Source: an uncultured Acidobacteriota bacterium (GTDB lineage: Bacteria > Acidobacteriota > Thermoanaerobaculia > UBA5066). Taken from it: 64,000 nucleotides of DNA. Below the pieces are notes generated by a model. It was given only the letters and a program-made list of their open reading frames with translations, made no database searches and was not told the origin of the DNA. Made by a program: the position numbers and the translations under genes. The stretch's first letter is position 1; every line of letters begins with the position of its first letter. Of this stretch, positions 1 through 8,789 are shown in pieces. The DNA lies in contig CAWCSP010000004.1 of the NCBI GenBank assembly GCA_963798215.1, positions 702,159 to 766,158 of the forward strand, in the 5' to 3' direction.

Positions 1-1118
1 CGGACGAGATCGTCGGAGATCCCGGCGGCCTCGCGCTCCGCTCTCGACATGCCGGCGTGCGTCATGGACGCGGGGTGCTCGATGAGCGTCTCGACGCCTC
101 CGAGGCTCACGGCGAGCGTCGCGAGGCGCACGGAGTCGATCAGCGCCTTGCCCGCCTCGAGACCGCCCTTCACGCCGAACGAGAACACGGCGCCGGGACC
201 GGACATCTGCTTCAGCATGAGCGCGTGCTGCGGGTGGCTCGGAAGGCCGGCGTGCCGCACCCACGCGACGCCGGGGTGCGCCTCGAGGAAGCGGGCGACC
301 TCGAGCGCGTTCGCCTGCGCGCGCTCCATCCTCAGGCCCAGCGTCTTGACGCCCCGGAGGATGAGCCACGCCTGGTGCGGGTCCATCGTCCCGCCGAAGG
401 CCGTGTGGACCTTGCGGAGCCTCTCGAGGAGCGCGGGCGCGCCCGCGACGATCGCGCCGCCGACGACGTCCGTGTGCCCGTTGAGGTACTTCGTGAGGCT
501 GTGGACGACGACATCGGCCCCGAGCGCGAGCGGCTGCTGGAGGACGGGCGACGCGAACGTGTTGTCGACGACGAGGAGCGCGCCGTGCGCATGGGCGATG
601 TCGGCGCAGGCGGCGATGTCCGTGAGCTTCATCGTCGGGTTCGCGGGCGACTCGACGTAGACCATCTTCGTCGACGGCCGGATCGCGGCGGCGACGTTCT
701 CCGGGTTCGACGAGTCGACCCACGTCGAGGCGACGCCGAAGCGCGTGTACTCGTTCTCGAGGACGAGACGCGACGGCCCGTAGACGGAGTCCGTCCCGAC
801 GACGTGCGCGCCCTCGCCGAGGAACGTGACGTAGACCGTGTTGATCGCGGCCATTCCCGTCGCGGCGCCGAGCGCGCCGCAGCCGCCCTCGAGCGTCGCG
901 AGGCACTCCTCGAGAGCCGCGACGGTCGGGTTGCCGAGACGCGTGTACTTGTAGCCTGGGTCTTTCCCCTGGAAGCGCGCCGCGCCCTCGTCCGCGTTCT
1001 TGAACGCGAACGTGGAGGTCTGGTAGATCGGCGTCGAGACGGCGCCGGTCGCCGGGTCGGGGTGCTGGCCCGCGTGAATGATCCGGGTGGCGGGATGCAT
1101 CTTTCGGAGGTCGGTCAT
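1..1118 (-). CDS. Cys/Met-metabolism PLP enzyme (methionine gamma-lyase / cystathionine gamma-synthase family); partial, 3' end runs off the window
   Basis: Reverse-strand translation gives MTDLRKMHPATRIIHAGQ...SLTKYLNGHTDVVGG, containing the PLP-lysine motif. Start ATG at 1116-1118. No stop in window, so absent from the ORF track. Confidence 0.8.
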   Translation of the reverse strand, partial: MTDLRKMHPATRIIHAGQHPDPATGAVSTPIYQTSTFAFKNADEGAARFQGKDPGYKYTRLGNPTVAALEECLATLEGGCGALGAATGMAAINTVYVTFLGEGAHVVGTDSVYGPSRLVLENEYTRFGVASTWVDSSNPENVAAAIRPSTKMVYVESPANPTMKLTDIAACADIAHAHGALLVVDNTFASPVLQQPLALGADVVVHSLTKYLNGHTDVVGGAIVAGAPALLERLRKVHTAFGGTMDPHQAWLILRGVKTLGLRMERAQANALEVARFLEAHPGVAWVRHAGLPSHPQHALMLKQMSGPGAVFSFGVKGGLEAGKALIDSVRLATLAVSLGGVETLIEHPASMTHAGMSRAEREAAGISDDLV

Positions 1119-2539
1119 TTCGGTCCCCTTCTCTGCACGGCGGCGGCCGTGCGCCGGGCCCACTCGCCGGTCTCGTCGTTCTGGGAGTAATCCTTTCCGA
1201 TCTCGTGGCCGCGGCGCGCGACGCAGTCCACGCCCTCGAGGAGCGCCTGGAACTCGTCCTCGCTCACGGTCGGCGACAGGCTGATGCGGACCCAGCCCGG
1301 CTTCTCGCCGAGGTGACCCTCGTCGAGCCTGTGGCGGATCGTCTTCGAGCGCTCCTCGTCGATGTGGAGAAGGAGGTGGCCGTACGGGCCCGCGCACATG
1401 CAGCCGGAGCGGACCTGGATTCCGAAGAGGTCGTTCAGGAGCCGTGCCGCGAGGTTGTGGTGGACGCGGCGGAAGATCACGGAGAGGACGCCGAGGCGGC
1501 GCGTCTCGAGGTTGCCGAGGACCGCGAGGTCGTCGCGCCCGCGCCATTCGCGGATGGCGCGCGCGAGGTAGTCCTGCTCGACCCGTTCGGTGCGCGCGGC
1601 CCCGACGGCCGCCTTGAGGTCGAACGCGAGGCCGGCCTGGATCGTCTGGACGATCGGCGGCGTCCCGCCCGTTTCGCGCGACTCGATCGCACCGAGAAAG
1701 CGGTGGTCCCACGGCGACGTGTAGAGGACGGTCCCGCCGCCCGGTTCGCCGGGCACGCGGTTCGTGAAGAGGCGCCGGTGCGCGACGAGGAGACCCGGCG
1801 TTCGCGGCCCGCCGAGGAACTTGTGGACGGAGAAGAAGACGGCGTCGAGGGCGGCTGCGGGGTCGCCCGCGGGGTGCATCTCGACGTCCACGTACGGGCC
1901 CGCCGCCGCGAAGTCGAAGAACGCGAGCGCCCCGTGCCGGTGGAGAACGCGCGCGAGGCCGTGGACGTCGTTCAGGATCCCGGTGACGTTCGACGCGGCG
2001 CTGAACGTCCCGATCTTCCAGGGTCGCCCCGCGTGAGCGGCGAGCTTCCGGTCGAGGTCCTCGAGGCTGATCCTGCCAGCCCCGTCAAACTCGACGTAGA
2101 CGGAATCCCCGATCGTCTCGCGCCACGCGATGTCGTTCGAATGGTGCTCCATGAGCGACCGGAAGACGACGGGCCGGCCCTCGGGCGGGATGCGGGCCGC
2201 GAGGCCGAACCGCTCGTCGAGCTGGTCGGGAAGTCTCAGGCCGAGGACGTGGATGAGGCGGTTGATGGCGCCCGTCGAGCCGGAGCCGACGGGGATCACG
2301 GCGTCGTCCTTCGTCGCGCCCACGTACGCACCGATCTTTCGCAGGGCTCCTTCGTATCGTTCCGTCATGAAGTGGCCCGTGAAGCTGCTCTCCGTGTGCG
2401 TGTTCGCCATGAACGGGAGGACGCGCTCGTTCAGCTCGTCCTCGACGTCGCGGTGGAAGCGCCCCGAGGCGATGAAATCGAAATAGCGGAGGGGGAGGTC
2501 GCCGTCGGGGCCCGGCAACACGGCGCCGGCGCCGATCAC
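1115..2539 (-). CDS. class-V aminotransferase-fold PLP enzyme (cysteine desulfurase-like)
   Basis: ORF 1115..2980(-) trimmed to an in-frame GTG at 2539, because its upstream part overlaps ArsR. Motifs SVHKFLGGP (PLP lysine) and SGCMCAGPYG. The stop TGA overlaps the downstream MGL ATG (ATGA). Start codon is uncertain. Confidence 0.7.
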   Translation of the reverse strand: MIGAGAVLPGPDGDLPLRYFDFIASGRFHRDVEDELNERVLPFMANTHTESSFTGHFMTERYEGALRKIGAYVGATKDDAVIPVGSGSTGAINRLIHVLGLRLPDQLDERFGLAARIPPEGRPVVFRSLMEHHSNDIAWRETIGDSVYVEFDGAGRISLEDLDRKLAAHAGRPWKIGTFSAASNVTGILNDVHGLARVLHRHGALAFFDFAAAGPYVDVEMHPAGDPAAALDAVFFSVHKFLGGPRTPGLLVAHRRLFTNRVPGEPGGGTVLYTSPWDHRFLGAIESRETGGTPPIVQTIQAGLAFDLKAAVGAARTERVEQDYLARAIREWRGRDDLAVLGNLETRRLGVLSVIFRRVHHNLAARLLNDLFGIQVRSGCMCAGPYGHLLLHIDEERSKTIRHRLDEGHLGEKPGWVRISLSPTVSEDEFQALLEGVDCVARRGHEIGKDYSQNDETGEWARRTAAAVQRRGPK

Positions 2540-2658
2540 GCGGCTGCGCAGATGCGCAAGGAATGCCGCTTCCTCGGCGGGCGAGCCCGTGACGACGGGG
2601 CCGCGCGGCGCGGCGGAGGCCGCGTCGACGAGACGGGGCGGCCCGGATGCGGCGGGGC

Positions 2659-3018
2659 TCAGCGGGAACCTCGGCGGGGGCGCCCGAGGATCGCGTCGGC
2701 CTTCTCGCGGGCGCCGCGTTCGACGCCCTCGCAGACGATCGAGCAGATCTTCAGGAGGGTCGGGTCCGCGATCCGGTAGACCGTCCGCGTGCCGTCCTTG
2801 CGGCGCTCCACGAGCGCGGAGCCATGCAGAACGGCGAGGTGTTTGCTGACGTTCGCCTGCGTTCCGCCGACGTCGTCGAGGATCTCGCCGACGGAGGCCT
2901 CGCTCCGGAACAGGCGGCGCAGGATCTTGAGGCGCATGGGCTCGGAGAGCGCCCGGAATCGCAGGGCCACCGCGTCGCACCCGGCGTCCGTGAGCGGCAG
3001 GTGCCCGTGCATCGCCAT
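2659..3018 (-). CDS. ArsR/SmtB family transcriptional regulator (paralog 1)
   Basis: 119 aa with HTH ...MRLKILRRL...ANVSKHLAVLH; Cys in DAGC and ICSIVCEG. About 80% identical to the second copy at 7479..7841. Confidence 0.85.
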   Translation of the reverse strand: MAMHGHLPLTDAGCDAVALRFRALSEPMRLKILRRLFRSEASVGEILDDVGGTQANVSKHLAVLHGSALVERRKDGTRTVYRIADPTLLKICSIVCEGVERGAREKADAILGRPRRGSR

Positions 3019-3026
3019 ATGGCGAT
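3011..3026. promoter_or_regulatory. 16-bp perfect palindrome ATCGCCATATGGCGAT overlapping the ArsR start codon; candidate ArsR operator
   Basis: Read directly from the sequence. One perfect 16-bp palindrome is about the chance expectation for 64 kb, so the support is positional only. Confidence 0.3.
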
Positions 3027-3082
3027 CATAGGGCGCCCGCCTCCGCCCGGGTCAATGATGCTTGTGGAGGGGCCGGGCCGGC

Positions 3083-3607
3083 CTACGTGCGGACGCGCCG
3101 GCGCCGTCCGGAGGTCGACTCGTCGAGCAGGGCGGCGGCGACGGCCGCGAGGAGATCGGCCGCCGGCCGGAGCCGGGGCTCGGGGATCCCGGCGAGGACC
3201 TGCGCGACGACGGCCTCGACGGTGCCGGGGGAGTACGTGTCGAACCTCCGGCCCCGTGACGTGAGCCTGAGAAGCGTCCGGCGCCGGTCCGCGGCATCGG
3301 GAGCCCTTCGGACGAGCCCCTTGACCTCGAGGCGGTGCAGGACGCCCGTCAGGGTGCTCGGATGGACCCGGAGGACGTTCGCGAGGGCGCCCGCCGAGAT
3401 CCCCGGCCTCCGCCCGAGGACCCGGAGCGCGACTCGCTGCGGACCCGTGAGGCCGAGGGTCGCGTGCATTTTTTTGGAGAGGGACTGCAGGCCGTGGTCG
3501 AGAGCCCAGATCAGTCGCATGAAATCGAGGACCTTGCCGAGGTGAACCACCTCTCCGCCCGTCGCCTTCATGCGGGCGATGTTCTCACGCCATTGATTTG
3601 ACCTCAA
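3083..3607 (-). CDS. MarR family transcriptional regulator
   Basis: 174 aa with a winged-helix MarR signature ...LTGPQRVALRVLGRRPGISAGALANVLRVHPSTLTGVLHRLEVKGLV... Confidence 0.8.
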   Translation of the reverse strand: MRSNQWRENIARMKATGGEVVHLGKVLDFMRLIWALDHGLQSLSKKMHATLGLTGPQRVALRVLGRRPGISAGALANVLRVHPSTLTGVLHRLEVKGLVRRAPDAADRRRTLLRLTSRGRRFDTYSPGTVEAVVAQVLAGIPEPRLRPAADLLAAVAAALLDESTSGRRRRVRT

Positions 3608-3648
3608 ACTAAAAAAGGAAGAGACTCCGGCTCCGAAAGGAGCTCCCG

Positions 3649-4203
3649 ATGTCTTTGCGTTTCCGTCTTCTCTCCGCCGGCGCGCTCGCCGCCGCCGGGA
3701 TCCTGGCCGTGTCCTGCTCGACGAAGCCGCCCGCGCAGGTCGCGGCCCCCGCGCCGACTCCCACGCCGACCGTGGTGCGGCTCGAGCCCACGCCCGCCCC
3801 GACGCCGGTGCCGCCGCGCGTCGCCGAGGACACGCTCCCGACGTCGGTGGACGAGATCAACCGCCGCGGCTACCTCAAGGACGCTTTCTTCGAGTTCGAC
3901 AAGTACGACCTCCAGCCCGCCCAGCGGGACGCTCTGGCCGGCGACGCGACGTGGCTGAAGGCCCACCCGACCGTGCGCGCGACGATCGAGGGCCACTGCG
4001 ACGAGCGCGGGACCGCCGCGTACAACATGGCGCTCGGAGAGCGCCGCGCGTCCGCCGCGAAGGAATATCTCGCGAGTCTCGGCGTCGACGGGTCGCATCT
4101 GCGGACGATTTCCTACGGCAAGGAGCGCCCGTTCGCGACGGGGCACGATGAGGCCTCCTGGGCCCAGAACCGCCGTGCACACTTCGTCGTGACGGCCCGC
4201 TGA
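3649..4203 (+). CDS. pal: peptidoglycan-associated lipoprotein Pal (OmpA C-terminal domain)
   Basis: Lipoprotein signal with LAVSCS lipobox; OmpA-like C-terminal domain ...NMALGERRASAAKEYL...; good SD (aaaggag) upstream. Confidence 0.85.
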   Translation: MSLRFRLLSAGALAAAGILAVSCSTKPPAQVAAPAPTPTPTVVRLEPTPAPTPVPPRVAEDTLPTSVDEINRRGYLKDAFFEFDKYDLQPAQRDALAGDATWLKAHPTVRATIEGHCDERGTAAYNMALGERRASAAKEYLASLGVDGSHLRTISYGKERPFATGHDEASWAQNRRAHFVVTAR

Positions 4204-4205
4204 TC

Positions 4206-5657
4206 GTGGAGCCGGAGGAGCAGCCGCCGCCGAGGCTCGCCGACGAGACGCGCTGGTACACCGAGCACGCTGCTCTCGTCATCAGCACGCTCAAGTGGGC
4301 GGTCCTCGGCGCGGCGGCCGGCCTCTGCGTCGGCTTCGGGACGCGCGCGTTCCTGTGGGCGCTCACGGCGTCCGGCCTGTGGGTGAGGCGCGTGACGCCG
4401 GGCGGCGTCCATCCGGTCTGGCTCCTCCCTCTCGCTCTGCCGGTGTGCGTGTTTCTCATCCGGGTGTTCGCGCCGACGGCGCGCGGCCACGGGACCGAGG
4501 CCGTCATCGCGGCGATCCACCGCGAGTCCGGCCGGATTCCGTGGAAGGTCGCGCCGATCAAGCTCCTCGCCACCGTCGTCACACTCGCGTTCGGCGGCTC
4601 GGTCGGGAAGGAGGGCCCCTGCGCCCAGATCGGGGCGGCGATCGCGAGCCTCTTCGCCGACATCCTCCGGCTGAACGACAGCGACCGCCGCCGTCTCGTG
4701 ATCTGCGGGATCGGCGGCGGCTTCGCGGCCGTCTTCGGCACGCCGATCTCCGGGGCCATCTTCGGGATCGAGGTGCTCTACCTCGGCCGGATCGAGTACG
4801 CCGTTCTCTTCCCGTGCCTCGTCTCGGGCATCGTCGCCCACCTCGTCTGCGGCGTCCAGGCGCCGGTACCGGCCCTCCACGAGGGGCTCGGCGGTCTGGG
4901 GAAGTCCGAGCTCGTCGGCCTTTCGATCGTGTTCGGAGCCGTCTTCGGCCTCGTCGCGCTCCTCCTGATCGAGGCGATGCGCGGGGTCGAGCGCGGGCTC
5001 CGCCGCTTCGAGCACCACCCGTACCTCGTGGCCGCGGGCGGCGGCGTCTTCCTCGCGGCCTTCTACTCCCTCGTCGGCGACGCGTATGCGGGGCTCGGCG
5101 TCGCGACGATCGAGAGCGCGCTCGCGGCGACGGGCACGATCGCCGTCCTCGCGTTTCTCTGGAAGATCGTCGCGACGGCCGTCACGCTCGAGACCGGCGG
5201 GAGCGGCGGGATCGTGACGCCGCTCTTTTTCATCGGCGCGACGAGCGGCGCGGCGCTCGCGCACCTCCTGCACCTCCCGACCGGACTCTTCGCGGCCTTC
5301 GGCTTCGTGAGCGTCGTCGCGGCCGCTGCGAACACGCCGATCGCGGCGGCCATCATGGGCATCGAGCTCCTGCCTCGGGACGTCGGCGTCTACGCGGCGC
5401 TCGCCGCGGGGACGGCGTTCCTCCTCGTCGGGCATCGGAGCGTCTACGCGAGCCAGAAGATCGGCCTGTCGAAGTCCGCGGGTCTCGACGTCAGGATGGA
5501 TGTTGCGATCGGCGACCTCACGCGGTCGCAGGTGCAGGTCCGGCCGGGGAGCCTCGTCGACAGGGCCCAGCGCGCCGGGAGCCGGATCATCTCGCGCCGG
5601 CCGGGCGAGCCTCCGTCCGAGAGCGGCTCCGGCGGGGGAACCGGGACGCCTCCGTAA
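4206..5657 (+). CDS. ClC family voltage-gated chloride channel (EriC)
   Basis: GTG start; motifs GSVGKEGP, GIGGGFAAVFGTPI, GGIVTPLFFIGA; multi-TM protein of 483 aa. Confidence 0.85.
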   Translation: MEPEEQPPPRLADETRWYTEHAALVISTLKWAVLGAAAGLCVGFGTRAFLWALTASGLWVRRVTPGGVHPVWLLPLALPVCVFLIRVFAPTARGHGTEAVIAAIHRESGRIPWKVAPIKLLATVVTLAFGGSVGKEGPCAQIGAAIASLFADILRLNDSDRRRLVICGIGGGFAAVFGTPISGAIFGIEVLYLGRIEYAVLFPCLVSGIVAHLVCGVQAPVPALHEGLGGLGKSELVGLSIVFGAVFGLVALLLIEAMRGVERGLRRFEHHPYLVAAGGGVFLAAFYSLVGDAYAGLGVATIESALAATGTIAVLAFLWKIVATAVTLETGGSGGIVTPLFFIGATSGAALAHLLHLPTGLFAAFGFVSVVAAAANTPIAAAIMGIELLPRDVGVYAALAAGTAFLLVGHRSVYASQKIGLSKSAGLDVRMDVAIGDLTRSQVQVRPGSLVDRAQRAGSRIISRRPGEPPSESGSGGGTGTPP

Positions 5658-5725
5658 GGGGCGTGATGGGAAAACCCGCTGGCCGGACGGGTGGGCGCGC
5701 TCTATGTTTGTGATGGAGGCGGACG

Positions 5726-6163
5726 ATGCCGAGGAGCAGGACACTCGCGCTACTGGCTTTTGCCGCAGGGCTCGCTCTTCCGACGCGTCTCGGTGCGGAA
5801 GAAAGGGGCGGCACCTACTTCAAGGTCGCGGTGATGACGGCCGACAAGTACTCGCAGGACGCGAAAACCGTCTTTGCGCCCGATGCTCCGGCGATCTACG
5901 CGGTCTACCGAGTCGTCGCGGCCGGACCCGTGAAGGTCAAGGCCATTTTCTGGGCCGACAGCGTCGAAGGCCTCGACCCCAGGACGAAGCTTCTCGAGAA
6001 GACCGTCTCGATCTCCGAGAAGGGCGAGTTCATGGGGGCCATCCCGGCGCTGAAACCGGCAAACGGATGGCCCGTGGGAGCGTATCGCGTGGAGCTCTTC
6101 ATCGGCGATGCGGTGTCGAAGACGCTTTCCTTCAAGGTCGTGAAAGGCGCCGGCGTTCCATGA
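5726..6163 (+). CDS. hypothetical secreted protein (signal peptide)
   Basis: 145 aa ORF with an N-terminal signal peptide and GC-rich third codon positions. No recognisable family. Confidence 0.5.
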   Translation: MPRSRTLALLAFAAGLALPTRLGAEERGGTYFKVAVMTADKYSQDAKTVFAPDAPAIYAVYRVVAAGPVKVKAIFWADSVEGLDPRTKLLEKTVSISEKGEFMGAIPALKPANGWPVGAYRVELFIGDAVSKTLSFKVVKGAGVP

Positions 6164-6219
6164 GGGACGCATAAGATCTGACGTTCACCGCGAGGTGCGA
6201 ACGTCCGGTGTCAATCGCC

Positions 6220-6582
6220 TCAGGCGGACACCCATGCCTTCGCCGCCGCGAGGTCGGAATTTCGGAAGACCTTCACCGGGCAGGCAACGGGAATCCCGAA
6301 GACCTTCACGGCGTTGGCGACCCAGGAGAAATCCGTGACGACCGCGATCCGCTCGACGGACTTGCGGTTCCTCAGACCGACCGTTGCGTCGTCCCAGAGG
6401 GCCGCGGCCGTGAAGCCGACGAACCCGGTGCCGACCCGATAGAGGAAACGGATCCGCTCGTTTCGCGCGCGCGCCCTCTCGACGGCCGGGAGCAACACGG
6501 ATTCGTAATCGTCTCCCGTGACCCGTCCGCTCGCCGAGACCGCGACGACGTTCTCCGGGAGTCCCTCCATCTGCTGCAGCAT
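6220..6582 (-). CDS. STAS/SpoIIAA-like (DUF3478-type) domain protein
   Basis: 120-aa C-terminal part of ORF 6220..7365(-), starting at ATG 6582 (MLQQMEGLPENVVAVSASGRVTGDDYESVLLPAVERA...). The upstream part of that ORF is in a different frame from the real Hsp20-like gene. Confidence 0.6.
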   Translation of the reverse strand: MLQQMEGLPENVVAVSASGRVTGDDYESVLLPAVERARARNERIRFLYRVGTGFVGFTAAALWDDATVGLRNRKSVERIAVVTDFSWVANAVKVFGIPVACPVKVFRNSDLAAAKAWVSA

Positions 6583-6635
6583 GGGTCCTGCTCCTTTCCC
6601 GGCGTCCGTCGCGGTGGGTCGGGCACGGACGAGCG

Positions 6636-7286
6636 TTACGCGCCGTGCTCGAGCTTGTGGAACACGAGGGTGATCTCGTCCTTGCCCTTGCGGACCTCGA
6701 ACCCGTTCGGATCGGCGCCTCGCGGAAGGGGAAGGATCTTCTCGACGTTTTCGGACGTCGCGACGTCGCTGCCGCCCTTCTTCACGTCCTTGGTCGCGTC
6801 GTAATGGAAGCGGATGCGGTTCGCGTTGACGTCGAACTTGACGGAGTCCTCGTTGAGCCCGGGGATCCCGAACGTCACGGCGACGTTCTTGCCCTCGTCC
6901 GCGACCTTCGTCGTGATCCCGGCGAGGTCCATCCGCTTCGAGAACCAGTCGTGGAACGAGCTGCCGAAAAGAGCGCGCTCGGGAGCGCCGAGCCCGTCCT
7001 CGAGCTGCCTGCGGACCCGGTCGACCTCCTCGAAGGGGTCGAAACGGCGGCGGAAGAAGTCGTCCCCGAACAGCTCGTCGAAGTCCTGCTCGCCGAGCTT
7101 GCCCGTCCGCGCGATCTCCTCGTGCAGGCGCTGCTCCCATCGGTCGAGATCCTGCACCGGCGGGGTCGTCGCGTCGGCTGCCGGCGGGGTTGCAGCGGCG
7201 GCACGGTGCGCGACGATGTAGCCCGCCTCGCCGAGACACGCGACCCCGAGAAGCGCGGCAATCCCCCACGAAGCCCTGATTCCCAT
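6636..7286 (-). CDS. secreted Hsp20/alpha-crystallin-like domain protein
   Basis: 216 aa with a signal peptide; ACD-like C-terminus ...NVAVTFGIPGLNEDSVKFDVNANRIRFHYD...KILPLPRGADPNGFEVRKGKDEITLVFHK. Confidence 0.45.
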   Translation of the reverse strand: MGIRASWGIAALLGVACLGEAGYIVAHRAAAATPPAADATTPPVQDLDRWEQRLHEEIARTGKLGEQDFDELFGDDFFRRRFDPFEEVDRVRRQLEDGLGAPERALFGSSFHDWFSKRMDLAGITTKVADEGKNVAVTFGIPGLNEDSVKFDVNANRIRFHYDATKDVKKGGSDVATSENVEKILPLPRGADPNGFEVRKGKDEITLVFHKLEHGA

Positions 7287-7478
7287 CGGACCCTCCTTCC
7301 GGCGGCCGGGAAGATCGGGCCTCTGCGGCCCGCGTCCGGCCGTCGCAACGTCCCCGGCCCTGCAACGCGCGTACCGGCAGGAATGGCGCGGCGACTCGTT
7401 CTCAAAGGGCGACGGCGACGCGCCGGGTGCCTCGTCCGGCAGCCAGATTGGCGCGCCGGTTTCGCGGCGGAAGAACTC

Positions 7479-7841
7479 CTACGGCTCGACGGCCGGGTGC
7501 CCGAGGATCGCGTCCGCCCGCTCGCGCGCGCCGCGCTCGACGCCCTCGCAGACGATCGAACAGATCCTGAGGAGCTTCAGGTCCGCGAGCCGGTAGACCA
7601 TCCGCGTGCCGTCCCGGCGGCGGTCCACGAGGGCCGAGTCGTGCAGGACGGCGAGGTGCTTGCTGACGTTCGCCTGCGTGCCGCCGACCTCGTCCACGAT
7701 CCGGCCGACCGAGGCCTCTCCGCGCGCGAGACAGCGCAGAATCTTGAGACGCGTCGGTTCGGACAGCGCGCGAAAACGGGCCGCGACCTCCTCGCAGCCC
7801 GCGTCCGTCGCCGGGAAGTGGGGGTCAGCCGCCGGCGGCAT
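7479..7841 (-). CDS. ArsR/SmtB family transcriptional regulator (paralog 2)
   Basis: 120 aa, about 80% identical in protein and about 80% in nucleotides to the 2659..3018 gene, with the same Cys pattern. Its 3' end overlaps the start of the DUF302 gene. Confidence 0.85.
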   Translation of the reverse strand: MPPAADPHFPATDAGCEEVAARFRALSEPTRLKILRCLARGEASVGRIVDEVGGTQANVSKHLAVLHDSALVDRRRDGTRMVYRLADLKLLRICSIVCEGVERGARERADAILGHPAVEP

Positions 7842-8235
7842 GCGCGATCACCCGCTGGAGGCTGGCGGCGACCTCGAGGCCGACGGGCACGAGCTCCGGG
7901 TCGCCGAGGAGCCCGAGAACGGAGCGAGGGTCCATCGCGCGGATCACGGTCTTCCCGCCCTCGACCGACACGGTCACGTTGCACGGCAGGAGAACGCCGG
8001 CCTCCGGGGCCGCGGAGAGCGCCTTGAACGCGGACGGCGCGTGACAGGCCCCGAGAATGAGGTACGGCGGCAGGTCCGCGCCGAGCTTCTTCTTCATCGT
8101 CGCCGCCACGTCGATTTCCGTGAGGACGCCGAAGCCCTCGGCTTCGAGCGCCTTTCGCGCGCGGGCGACCGCGTCGTCGAAGGGAAGGGCCGTCTCGGCC
8201 ACGAGAGCGACGGACGTCTTCGAGGGCTGGGTCAT
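7825..8235 (-). CDS. DUF302 domain protein
   Basis: ORF 7825..8415(-) trimmed to ATG 8235, which has a strong SD (AAGGAGG 5 nt upstream). Protein MTQPSKTSVALVAETALPFDDAVARARKALEAEGFGVLTEIDV... Confidence 0.7.
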   Translation of the reverse strand: MTQPSKTSVALVAETALPFDDAVARARKALEAEGFGVLTEIDVAATMKKKLGADLPPYLILGACHAPSAFKALSAAPEAGVLLPCNVTVSVEGGKTVIRAMDPRSVLGLLGDPELVPVGLEVAASLQRVIAHAAGG

Positions 8236-8291
8236 GGAGTCCTCCTTGTGGGCGACGACCGAGAGGGGCCCGACGGGCCCCCGGGTCACCC

Positions 8292-8501
8292 TCACGTGAA
8301 TCGGCCGGAGCCCGGCCCGCAGGAGCCGCCGCCGTCCGTGCCGCCGGAGCCGCCGGAGCCGGACGCGAAGCGGGACACGAGCTTCTCGATCTTCTCGCTC
8401 CCGCATTCGGGGCACGTCACGCCGAGCGTGTCGAAGGTGACGGAGACGAGCTCCTCGAAGGTCGCGCCGCAGTCGGCGCAGGTGAACTCGTAGAGAGGCA
8501 C
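8292..8501 (-). CDS. FmdB-family zinc-ribbon protein
   Basis: Core (M)PLYEFTCADCGATFEEL...VTCPECGS, two CxxC pairs. GTG at 8501 chosen because GGAGG sits 5 nt upstream. An ATG at 8549 is the alternative start. Confidence 0.6.
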   Translation of the reverse strand: MPLYEFTCADCGATFEELVSVTFDTLGVTCPECGSEKIEKLVSRFASGSGGSGGTDGGGSCGPGSGRFT

Positions 8502-8511
8502 GACAACCTCC

Positions 8512-8787
8512 TCAGGCGTCCGGAGAATCCAGGGACCAGGTGACGACATGCGGACACGGGCCCGTGCCCTGCAGCGCGCGCAGGGCCGCGCGCAGCTTCG
8601 GCATCTCCTCGTCCGCGACGAAGGACATGATGATCGTCGACGTCTTCGGGAACGCGGCCGAGCCGAAGTGGCGGCCCGTGGTGCCGAAGCCGCGCGCGTC
8701 GACTTCCGTGTATCCGGAGACGCCGGCGCGCTCGAAGGCGATCTCGACGTCCTCGCGGCAGGCGGTGCCGGCGAGGACCATCAGCAT
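8512..8787 (-). CDS. P-II-like (GlnB-fold, DUF3240-like) small protein downstream of the RND pump
   Basis: 91 aa: MLMVLAGTACREDVEIAFERAGVSGYTEVDARGFGTTGRH... resembles the GlnB beta-alpha-beta pattern. Its ATG is 2 nt after the RND stop; this is the C-terminal tail of ORF 8512..12237(-). Confidence 0.55.
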   Translation of the reverse strand: MLMVLAGTACREDVEIAFERAGVSGYTEVDARGFGTTGRHFGSAAFPKTSTIIMSFVADEEMPKLRAALRALQGTGPCPHVVTWSLDSPDA

Positions 8788-8789
8788 CT

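Noticed and set aside
57-1190. 377-aa plus-strand ORF (and many similar long ORFs such as 1205..2779+, 4113..5744-, 4295..5713+, 9156..12785+, 51293..53122-, 51823..54726-, 42529..43917-)
   Set aside because: These are Arg/Gly/Pro/Asp-rich low-complexity translations, typical of alternate frames in 70% GC DNA. In each case another frame or strand has a clear homology-supported gene and GC-rich third codon positions.
7828-7839. 12-bp palindrome gccgccggcggc at the second ArsR start as an operator
   Set aside because: Short GC-only palindromes are frequent by chance in high-GC DNA. It bears no resemblance to the 16-bp palindrome at the first ArsR.
8258-8276. Hairpin ggggcccgacgggcccc downstream of the FmdB gene as a terminator
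   Set aside because: No U-tract follows on the transcribed strand. A GC hairpin alone is weak evidence.
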